From: Octopus vulgaris
Lineage: Eukaryota
Direction of reading: 5' to 3'
Assembly: GCA_951406725.2 (NCBI GenBank)
Contig: OX597818.1
Coordinates: forward strand, 33,976,001 to 34,040,000
DNA length: 64,000 bases
Position 1 is the stretch's first letter, and each line of letters opens with the position of its first letter. The translations under genes were made by a program, and so were the position numbers. The notes beneath the pieces were generated by a model. The model was not told the origin of the DNA and made no database searches. It worked only from the letters and a program-made list of their open reading frames with translations. Shown piece by piece: positions 52,230-64,000 of this stretch.

Positions 52230-52902
52230 TAACATTGTTGCTAAAAATCGTTGTTTGCACCGTCTGCTCCGAGATCAGGAATGAATATTTGCATGTTTAT
52301 TAATTCATCTAGGTCGGTACAGAGGTAAAATATCTCGGAGGCTGTTGTGTATGTGTTAGGAGAATAACTTCTCACTTTTAGACAACTGTGTGTTCAACAC
52401 ATTCGTTTCATTGGTGCACGGCATTCAGGGACACCAAGTTCAAATATGTTGGTGACATATCTTAACATCTAAGATATCATTGCGATATCACTGCAGTTTA
52501 CCGTGGAGAATAAAATTTCTCGTGTCTGATAAAGGTGTGAAAATACCATTGTCAGCTCAATGGTGACACCAGAGATGGCTCTTGATGCATTTCTAATTCG
52601 TTATGCCTTCTTCAGTTGCAAAGTTGATTAGAAAGTCTGAGATAACCTTGAGCTGATAAGAAAGCCGTAGCTTCACAATAAATCACGAGTGTTTGTAAAT
52701 ATATATTTGTATATAAGTATGTATACACAGATATATTTATATGTGTGTTTGTGTGTGTTTCTGTATATATGTGTGTATGCGATGGTTTTTGTTAAGCAGC
52801 GCCGATTTTTACAATTCTATAAATAATAATAATAGTATTTTATAAGCTTAACGCTTATAAGCGATTACCGCGCAATGACTATTTTTTTTGCGCCTTTTTA
52901 AA

Positions 52903-53131
52903 GCCTAGCCAGGCTCATGGGCCCGGTTTCCCGGTTTCAATGGCATATGTGTTTCCCAGCTGGACGGGACGCCAGTCGATCGCAGTGTTACTCATTTTTG
53001 CCAGCTGAGTGGACTAGAGCAACGTGAAATGAAGTGTTTTGCTCAAGAACACAACGCGTTATCAGGTCCAGGAATCGAAACCACAATCTTACGATCATGA
53101 TGCTGACGCCCTAACCACTAAGCCACGCGCC
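52903..53131 (-). mobile_element. SINE, family B head and CORE-like domain with a different tail
   Basis: ggcgcgtggcttagtggttagggcg A box, gtttcgattcc B box-like, ttgagcaaaacactt..ccactcagctggcaaaaatgagta. Confidence 0.85.
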
Positions 53132-53138
53132 TCTACTT

Positions 53139-53446
53139 TATTATTATGTACAGAATTGTAAAAATCGACGCTGCTTAACAAAAACCATCACAGTAAAAGC
53201 ATATGAAAGCTTGTTTACAAATTCAACACTACGAACTAATTATAGTTCTTAAATCTGGGGGAATGATGTACGCTAGCGTAATGGTAGGATTCTTGACGCG
53301 ACAGCAAAGACGTGTGAGTTCGAGTCCCATGCGTACGCGAAGACCTACGTTTTTTCCAGCGAGGTCTCATATCCCCAACTATTAGACTATTTTCTTTAGT
53401 CATTGCAAGGTGATCGCTTATAAGCTTTAAGCTTATAAAATACTAT
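53139..53446 (+). mobile_element. Unclassified element with internal Pol III A/B boxes; both ends copied inverted at 52782-52882
   Basis: tagcgtaatggtagg (~53274) and gagttcgagtccc (~53316); inverted matches described under findings. Confidence 0.6.
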
Positions 53447-53506
<60 letters not shown>

Positions 53507-53510
53507 ATAT

Positions 53511-54185
53511 AAATTATTACATTATATAAAAGGGCTTAGTAAAATAAATTACTTTGCCGCATACTGAACTCATTAGAAATAGCAGCTAAAAAAACTTTTT
53601 TAAAAACTATTTCCAATACTTAAAGAAAACCTCTCTCATATAGTGTTTGCTCAATTCAACTCACAAAAGTATGGGGGTAGAGACATTAAAAAATCAAATG
53701 CAAAGGTTATTTGAGAACGTACGTTTCAAGATTAGTCAAAATCGACACTTCTATCATCAGCTCAGAACTCCCTGGTTTGGATTTGAAAACACTGAAAGTG
53801 GGAGCATACCCTTTCGGCTTGTTATCACTTCTGAAGATCTGCTCAAAACTAACAGTGCTAGCAAATTCAAATATGCAAGCGAAGAATTTCTGCTCTCCCC
53901 TTTCCACCAGCGTGGGTTAAAATCAGCAAACACTATGCTTTTTTCGGTAAAATCCGAGGCATTATATAGAGAGAGATGAATTATAATTTCAACAATTGAG
54001 GGTAAAATTAATTAATTAATCAATTTCACCAAGTATTCAGTATACAAAGGGACCATTTAAGGCGAATTCAAATTATTACATTATATAAAAGGGCTTAGTA
54101 AAATAAATTACTTTGCCGCATACTGAACTCATTAGAAATAGCAGCTAAAAAAGTATTTAAGTATTGGAAATAGTTTTTAAAAAAG
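53511..54185 (-). mobile_element. Hammerhead element family H6 with 83-bp terminal direct repeat and terminal inversion
   Basis: 53511-53593 equals 54070-54152; 54156-54185 is the reverse complement of 53595-53624. Confidence 0.82.
53712..53764 (-). ncRNA. Type-I hammerhead motif
   Basis: Minus strand tgag CTGATGA tagaagtgtc-gatttt-gactaatctt GAAA cgtacg TT ctca; palindromic helix III. Confidence 0.72.
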
Positions 54186-54213
54186 TCTTTAAATGTTACT
54201 AATATTGTCAGAT

Positions 54214-54407
54214 ACTCTTTTACTTGTGTCAGTCATTTGACTGCGGCCATGTTGGATCACCGCCTTTAGTCGAGCACATCGACCCCAGAACTTATTCTTT
54301 GTAAGCCTAGTACTTATTCTATCGGTCTCTTTTGCCGAACCGCTAAGTTACGGGGATGTAAACACACCAGCATCGGTTATCAAGCGATGTTGGGGGGGAA
54401 ACACACG

Positions 54408-54505
<98 letters not shown>

Positions 54506-54678
54506 TACATATATACGACAGGCTTCTTTCAGTTTCTGTCTACCAAATCCACTAACAAGGCTTTGGTCGGCCCGAGGCTATAGTAGAAGACACTTGCCCA
54601 AGGTGCCACGCAGTGGGACTGAACCCGGAATCATGTGGTTGGTAAGCAAGCTACTTACCACACAGCCACTCTAGCGCC
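54214..54678 (-). mobile_element. SINE family A, full length
   Basis: Complete copy with expanded internal (TA)n. Confidence 0.93.
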
Positions 54679-54990
54679 TATACGTTGAGAAATATTTCAA
54701 ACATATTCTCCAGGCACAAACCACATATAGACGGACTAAAAAAAAAATATTGAATAATAAAAGACACGCGAAAAACATGAGAAGGTAGAGTAAAGAAAAA
54801 ACAGAAGGTAGAAAAAAACGGAGAAGGAAAAGCAGAAAACGAAATCACAAAACTAAAATGTGAAGAGTTAAAAGTAACAAGAGGGTGAAAGAGTTATCGT
54901 CCTTAGACCTTAAATTATAAGGCTCGAAAGGTATCAACAAGCTGGAACAGGCAGAATTTTCTAATACTTCGAAATATATTTATACATATA

Positions 54991-55136
54991 GGCGCATGTG
55001 CTTGCTTTTCAGCCACATGGTTCCGGTTTCAGTCCCACTGCGTGGCACCTTGGGCAAGTGTTTTCTACTATAGCCTCGGGTTGACCAAAGCCTTGTGAGT
55101 GGATTTGGTAGACGGAAACTGAAAGAAGCCTGTTGC

Positions 55137-55214
<78 letters not shown>

Positions 55215-55420
55215 GATTTTGTCCCTCACCATCGCTTGACAGCCGATGTTGGTGTGTTTATGTCACTGTAACTTAATGGTTTGGCAAAGATACCGATAGA
55301 ATAAGTACTAGGCTTACAAAGAATATGTCCCGGGGTCGATTTGTTCGACTAAAGGTGGTGCTCCAGCATGGCCGCAGTCAAATGACTGAAACAAATAAAA
55401 GAATAAAAGAATAAAAGAAT
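54991..55420 (+). mobile_element. SINE family A, near full length
   Basis: Body, internal (TG)n, tail ending (taaaagaa)n. Confidence 0.92.
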
Positions 55421-55660
55421 ATGCAAGCAACCGCTGAAAATTTCTGACCTAGAGTCCAGTAGGGAGTCAAGGATCTTAGATCTGAGCAGGATCTGCGCTC
55501 TTTCAGCTAAACAAAGCCTAGACTTCTTCGATCCATCAACATAGTATATGGATTTCTCAATTATTTTCCACTTAATCACATATGGTGCTTCGTTATCTTT
55601 CGAACTCCATACATAGCTAGCTAAAATAGTAGCTTTGATTTTCATCCTTCTGTCTTTACA
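55421..55660 (-). pseudogene. Penelope-like element GIY-YIG endonuclease C-terminal remnant
   Basis: TILASYVWSSK...IKWKII...Y..GSKKSRLCLAE...LLDSRSEIFSGCLH matches the T.LS.YIW.LK..W.I..C.LCL.EK..LLN.RSE...C.H pattern of PLE C-termini. Confidence 0.75.
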
Positions 55661-56085
55661 TTTTGGATCTTGTGATTTGGCTTTCCGCTTTTACCTTCTG
55701 CGTTTTGTATATGCTGCCTTCTCAGTTTTCCTTTTCTTCTCCATGTCTTCTCTTATTCAATTCTTGTTTAGTTTGTTTATACGTCGTTTGTGACTATTAG
55801 TAGCATTTAAAAACACGTATTGTGTCCTTTAAATAAACTATATATAGGTTGTGACCTTCCTGTCACAACCTGGGATCTTGAAGACTGCTTAAATGCAAGA
55901 AAGTATACTAGTCCCTTAATATTTGATATTCAACAATTCATCTATTCAATAAGACAATCAATGCTTCATTTCATTTCACTGTATATACTATTTATACTAT
56001 ATATTCTAAATTCTACATTAATATTATAAAGAATATAAATAAAACATAAAAACAGAGTTGGAATTCCTTTGAATGATATATATGT

Positions 56086-56290
<205 letters not shown>

Positions 56291-56485
56291 ATTCTTATAC
56301 AAGAATAACTTCGAAGTTTCTGCCAGTCCGACGATAGCTTAGCTTGCCGAAACTTCAAAATCACCGTTAATAACTTTCTTTTATAACAATAAATGTGTAC
56401 TCTACAAAAGTAAAGAGTAACCATCAAATTAATGCACTGTAAAGTCGCTTTTATAACTGAACTTAAATCAAACATTAAAACATAT
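56291..56485 (+). mobile_element. Family H3 copy with inverted 5' piece
   Basis: cagt CCGACGA tagc..tgcc GAAA cttcaaaa TC accg at 56324-56366. 56291-56324 is an inverted, deleted copy of family sequence seen at 26349-26393. Confidence 0.6.
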
Positions 56486-56498
56486 AAATTTATATATA

Positions 56499-59119
<2,621 letters not shown>

Positions 59120-59121
<2 letters not shown>

Positions 59122-59456
59122 GGAGTAAACACATAAATGTGAAACAAGGTGGAAAAAAGAGTACTCAAATACCAGTGGTAGAGTAATATGCTTTATTTTA
59201 AGCAGCAGAAAATTCAACAAAATCTGTTACTCTGAGTTTCTCGTTGCCGTTCATCAGACAGTTTTTGCTAGAATGGAACTTATATATTAATTCAATCTAT
59301 ACTCAAACAAGTCCATTTCTTTTTAAAGGTGTAGCGTTTGTAAGAGTATAGATTGAATTAATATATAAGTTCCATTCTAGCAAAAACTGTCTGATGAACG
59401 GCAACGAGAAACTCAGAGTAACAGATTTTGTTGAATTTTCTGCTGCTTAAAATAAA

Positions 59457-59462
<6 letters not shown>
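59120..59462. mobile_element. Palindromic double-hammerhead element family H8 in (TA)n
   Basis: 119-bp arms 59186-59304 / 59344-59462 with 1 visible mismatch, 39-bp spacer, unique extension 59120-59185. Confidence 0.88.
59387..59424 (+). ncRNA. Minimal type-I hammerhead motif (mirror copy at 59224-59261, minus strand)
   Basis: ctgt CTGATGA acg-gcaa-cga GAAA ctcagag TA acag; GNRA-capped helix II, GUA site. Confidence 0.75.
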
Positions 59463-59507
<45 letters not shown>

Positions 59508-59553
59508 CATTTATATATATATGTATATGTATATATATATATGTGTGTGTATG

Positions 59554-59594
<41 letters not shown>

Positions 59595-59904
59595 GGAGGG
59601 AGAGAGAGTAAAGAAAGATTTACAAACAAGGGAAGTTTCCAGAAGTGCGTAAATTGTGTGGTACGCATAAATTTGTATGAATATATGTCTATTTATGCTT
59701 GTATCTATGCATAAACGTATCTGGTAATCTATGTCCGTATGCTTGAAAGAGTGTACACAGTTAGTGATATATTGATAAGTTGATAAGTGTAGATACATTG
59801 TGAGTGAACATTTTCAACCATGTGTGTATATATACATTTGTGTTCATGAGCACAAACACTCTGAAAGGCACCTTATATGCATGCATGAATGTGTGTATCT
59901 ATAT

Positions 59905-60088
59905 TCTTTTATTCTTTTATTCTTTATACATTTCAGTCGTTTGACTGCAGTCATGTTGGAGCACCGTCTTAAAGGGTTTTTAATCGGAGAAATCGACCTT
60001 AGGACTTATTCTTTGTAAGCCTAGTACTTATTCCATCGGTTTCTTCTGTGATTGGGAAGCAAGCTTCTTATCACCCAGCCAAGCCTAC
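59905..60088 (-). mobile_element. SINE family A, internally deleted
   Basis: Tail joined directly to head (ttgggaagcaagcttctta..cagcc). Confidence 0.75.
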
Positions 60089-60169
60089 ATATGTGTGTGT
60101 GTATGTGCGTGCGTGTGTGCGTGTATAAAGATATAGGTATAATATACATATAAGAAGATGTATTTTCGG

Positions 60170-60783
60170 CCATTGACGTGATAAACCCAATTTTTGCCAT
60201 AGACTCAGATGGACTCTCAACAATTCTGTTAAAAACATGTAAGAAAGTTCTTGCAAAACCACTAAAAATGCTTTTCCAGAGTTCCCTTGAATGCAGTACA
60301 TTTCCTCAAATGTTAAAAGAAGGAATACTCTGCCCTGCCAACAAAGGAGAAAACAGAGCAGATGCTATAAACTACAGGCCTATCTCTCTAACCTCACATG
60401 CTATCAAGATCAAGGAACGCATTGTCGGAAAAAGACTGACTACGTTCCTAGAAGAAATGATTTGCTTACAGACACACAACATGGTTTCCAGGAAGAGAGA
60501 CACAGTGCTTCTGCTTTGGAGAACCTTTGTCCTCAGTAATCTGGAGTATTGTGTAAAACTAATTGCGGAACTAGAGACGATCCATTGCCACTACACAAAG
60601 AAGATAGACTCAGTTCTATAGCGTTTCCACCCACATCGCAACAGGAGGCACAACGACGAACGGCTCCGTCCAAATCGATACTTCACCAGAAGCAATACTG
60701 GAAAAATGCCCGGATGTAGCATAGGCGGTGCACCAGCATGGTCTCAGCCTCTGGTTGAAACCCATAAAAGAAATAAAAGAAAT
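60170..60783 (+). mobile_element. CR1-group LINE remnant with two large internal deletions
   Basis: DGL..ILLKTC..LAKPL..NYRPISLTSH..QHGF jumps to LLWRTFVLSNLEYC..TKKI, then to the 3' tail ggcggtgcaccagcatgg..gaaac(taaaagaaa)n. Confidence 0.82.
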
Positions 60784-60792
60784 ATACATATA

Positions 60793-61268
60793 TACTGATC
60801 TCCCCTGTTCGAAATTATAAGGACAGAATTTTTGTATCGTATGGCCAGCTGGAAACGATGCTTCCTGGGACTAAATAACAGTAACATTCGTCCTATCCTA
60901 GGACTGTCAGATTATGTTGGCAAAATGGCATTACTTTATGGTGCTGTAACTGTATATCTCTCTTTGAAAGATTTAGAAATAATAAAACTTATATTTTGTA
61001 GATCAGTAACTGTGTGTCACTTTGAAATCTATATATTTTCGGCAGCGGTTCAGTGGCGACATCTACCCAACCAAGCTACTCCACGTTGATAAAGTGCAAT
61101 AATCCAGAAACCGGTCCGTGGATGCGAAGTTGTGCTGGATGGAGCTACTGATCTCCGCTGTTCGAAAATATAAGGACACAACTTTTTTTGTCGTATAGCT
61201 AGCTGGAAACTATGTTTCCTGGGACTAAGTAACAATAACATTCGACCCATCCTGGGACTGACACATTA
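60793..61268 (+). mobile_element. Retrozyme-like element family H7: 353-nt unit plus ~120-nt direct repeat, degenerate hammerhead
   Basis: 60793-60915 is repeated at 61146-61268. 61080-61122 reads tccacg TTGATAA agtgcaataatcca GAAA ccgg TC cgtgga. Confidence 0.75.
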
Positions 61269-61269
61269 C

Positions 61270-61344
<75 letters not shown>

Positions 61345-61345
<1 letters not shown>

Positions 61346-61553
61346 TTAATCCAAACATGAAAGCACAAAAAAACACAACAACGCGAGGACGTGGAACAAA
61401 TATAGTATTATTGGACGCTCAGGAAAGAGGGAAAGAAGGAGGGTTTAACGTTTCGAGCGGAGCTCTTCGTCGGAAACATAGGAGAAGGAAAGATCCAACG
61501 AAGTGAAGATAGAGGAAAAAATCGCCAACGGTACACACGCGGTCACATTTTGA
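61345..61553 (-). mobile_element. Family H1 copy
   Basis: Minus strand 61443-61477: gttt CCGACGA a gagc-tcc-gctc GAAA cg TT aaac. Confidence 0.78.
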
Positions 61554-62249
61554 ATGTGTATATATATATATATATATATGAACTTCTCCATATAAATATG
61601 AGCAATTATCAATACCTCTCGTTCTGTCTTTCCTTTTATACATGCGTGTGTATGTGTATATGTATGTGCATATGTATTCGCGAATGTGCGTGTGCGTGTG
61701 CGTGTATATATGACCCTGCGTACGCCTGTGTCTATATAACTAACCGTTCGTTAGTGCATATATGTAAGTATACATACATATGTTTGTGTGTGTCTCTATG
61801 TGTGTGTCTGTGTGTGTATGTGAGTGTAAGCAAGCAAAGTAAATGTTATTATAGTCTTGTTTTGGTGTCCTTTAAAGTTCCAACCGTATGTGTGTGCATG
61901 TATGTATGTATGTATGTATGTATGTATGTATGTGTGTGTGTGTATGTGTGTGTGATTGTTTTGGTATGTCTATACTTGTGTGTATGTAAACGAGTATGGG
62001 ACCGCCCCCACCCCACTCCGAATGTTCTGCCATCTATTATTAACCTGAGAAGTATTCATTCCTCCGGAACCAGGAGCACTTGTATACTTTATGTGGCGAT
62101 AAAAGGAATTCAGTTAACTCATCCAAAGCTATAGCTCCTCGTATGAGGAGGAGGTGGGCTCTAATGGAAAAGGCACGTGAATGAAAGTTGCTGAGGAAGA
62201 GGCGAGGATAGAAAGAAGTGGGGATTAGAGGACGAAGGTGAAGATGAAG

Positions 62250-62654
62250 AAGCAGATGATGATGATGATGATAATGATGATGGTGATGATGATAATAATG
62301 ATGATGGTGGCGTCGGCGGTGGTGGTCGTCGTCGTCGTGGGTTGACACCACTGGTATTCGTGTTGGTGCTTGTAATGTGGTAAGGGTGGTAATGAAGAAG
62401 AAGAAGAAGAAGAAGAAGAAAGAAGAAGAAGAAGAAGAAGAAGAAGAAGAAGAAGAAGAAGAAGAAGGAAGAGAAGTAAGAACCCGGAAATGATGAACAT
62501 GAAGAAATAGAAGCGGAGGATGAGGAGGAGAGCTTAGAAGAAGAGGAAATGATGAACATGAAGAAGAAATAGATGAAGAAAAAGAAGAGGAGAAGGAGCA
62601 GGAGCAGGAGAAGAAGAAGAAGAAGAAGAAATGAAGCCAGTGGAGAGATCAACG

Positions 62655-62733
<79 letters not shown>

Positions 62734-62756
62734 CAGCAGTAGTAGGGGTGGTGGTG

Positions 62757-62814
<58 letters not shown>

Positions 62815-62820
62815 AGGTGG
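62250..62820. repeat. Compound trinucleotide microsatellite (GAT/GAA/TAG/GGT)
   Basis: Abutting triplet blocks; similar patchworks at 29325-29520, 36110-36620, 37160-37370 and 42190-42470. Confidence 0.95.
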
Positions 62821-63163
62821 CTATCAAAGAGAGTGGAAGGAAATCAGTGGAAGGTGAGGAAGGGAGAGCAGAGAAAGAAGAAGAGGAAGGAGAGGTTTAA
62901 AGCAGTGTGCAATCATGGTGGATATCATATCTAAGGATTTATTAGCTCAACATGGCCGTTTATTTCTGAAGCCAATGAATGTTTTGTAATTTGATTAATT
63001 GTGTTTACGTGTGTCGTTTATGATTGAACTAACAACACACACGCACGCACGCACGCTCACATGCATGCATGCATGCACACACACAAACACACATACACAA
63101 ACAGACGTGCATATACATACACACATATGCGTCTATTTGTGAGTATCTAGTTGCATAGAGATT

Positions 63164-63208
<45 letters not shown>

Positions 63209-64000
63209 GTATGTGCGTATCAGTTTATATTTGTATTAGATTATTTCATATGCTTGAATAAGCTTGCTTATGTGTGTGTGTGTGTGTGTGTGTGTGTCTG
63301 TGTCTGTGTCTGTGTCTGTGTGTGTGTGTGTGTGTGTGTATGCATGAATGTATGTGTATGTATATATATATACATATATATTGCATGTATGTTTTCTTCC
63401 TCAATCTAACCATATATACCATATATATATACACACACAGACACACACACACACACATAAACAAACACACACTCATACACATGTGTATATGTGTTTGTGT
63501 GTGTGTGTGCTTATGTGTATATATATATATTCATATAAACATATATACATGCATATATACATATACACACAGATGTATGGGTTATCTTTGTACTGTATGC
63601 ATGTATGTATGTATGTATGTAGGTAGCTAGGTTGGTAGGTAGATAGGTAGGTAGGTAGTATGCATGTATATATGTATGTACGTATGTATTTATGTAAGTA
63701 TGTATGCATGCATGCATGCATGTATGTATGTATGTATGTATGTATGCATGTATGTATGTAAGCATGTATGTAGGTGATTCTACTATGTGGTTTATGTTGT
63801 CGAGCACATTCGTATTTGTAAGGTATTTTTGCCATTAAAAAAATTGGTAAAGAAAAAGAAAAAGACAAAACAGAACAAATAAATGTACCACGAGATTTAG
63901 TAGCAAAATTGTTTGCAAACAATGGCGGAAGCTGCGAAGAAAAGTTTGAAGGAAATATTTTAGCAAATAATTGCAATGAAAGAAAGAACGGTTTTGCATC

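Noticed and set aside
52290-52690. KFKYVG resembling the LINE RT FKYLG motif
   Set aside because: A single short motif without supporting neighbours.
53270-53335. Possible tRNA gene
   Set aside because: A and B boxes are present but there is no clean cloverleaf; the sequence is embedded in a mobile-element-like unit. SINE heads elsewhere are likewise tRNA-derived, not tRNA genes.
53640-53937. hAT-type MITE suggested by 12-bp inverted repeats
   Set aside because: No 8-bp target duplication; better explained as internal to the H6 unit.

Overview
AT-rich, gene-poor eukaryotic DNA saturated with microsatellites and transposon remnants. The SINE families and repeat landscape look like an Octopus (coleoid cephalopod) genome; this is inferred from recalled repeat families, not from a search. 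I found no convincing host protein-coding exon, and almost all ORFs in the supplied track are translated microsatellites. Recognisable content: (1) CR1-group LINEs, including a near-intact 5'-truncated ORF2 at 56608-58944. (2) An RTE-like 3' fragment, three R4/Dong-like RLE retrotransposons stacked in (TAA)n runs, and a Tx1-like remnant. (3) Tc1, maT-like, Tigger/pogo, Tc2-type MITE and piggyBac-like DNA elements, plus several non-autonomous Helitrons. (4) More than 20 tRNA-derived SINE copies of at least three families. The most notable signal is a set of about eight sequence-unrelated families of short non-coding elements in or next to (TA)n/(TG)n tracts. Each carries a minimal type-I hammerhead ribozyme motif (CUGANGA...GAAA, palindromic helix III), several with long inverted arms or terminal direct repeats (Penelope pseudo-LTR / retrozyme-like). 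A Penelope GIY-YIG remnant also lies in the window. Also visible are a SINE/CR1 shared 3' tail with covarying stem-loop and several nested insertion stacks. All ribozyme calls are by-eye motif and pairing assignments; activity is untested. Coordinates of degenerate elements are approximate.
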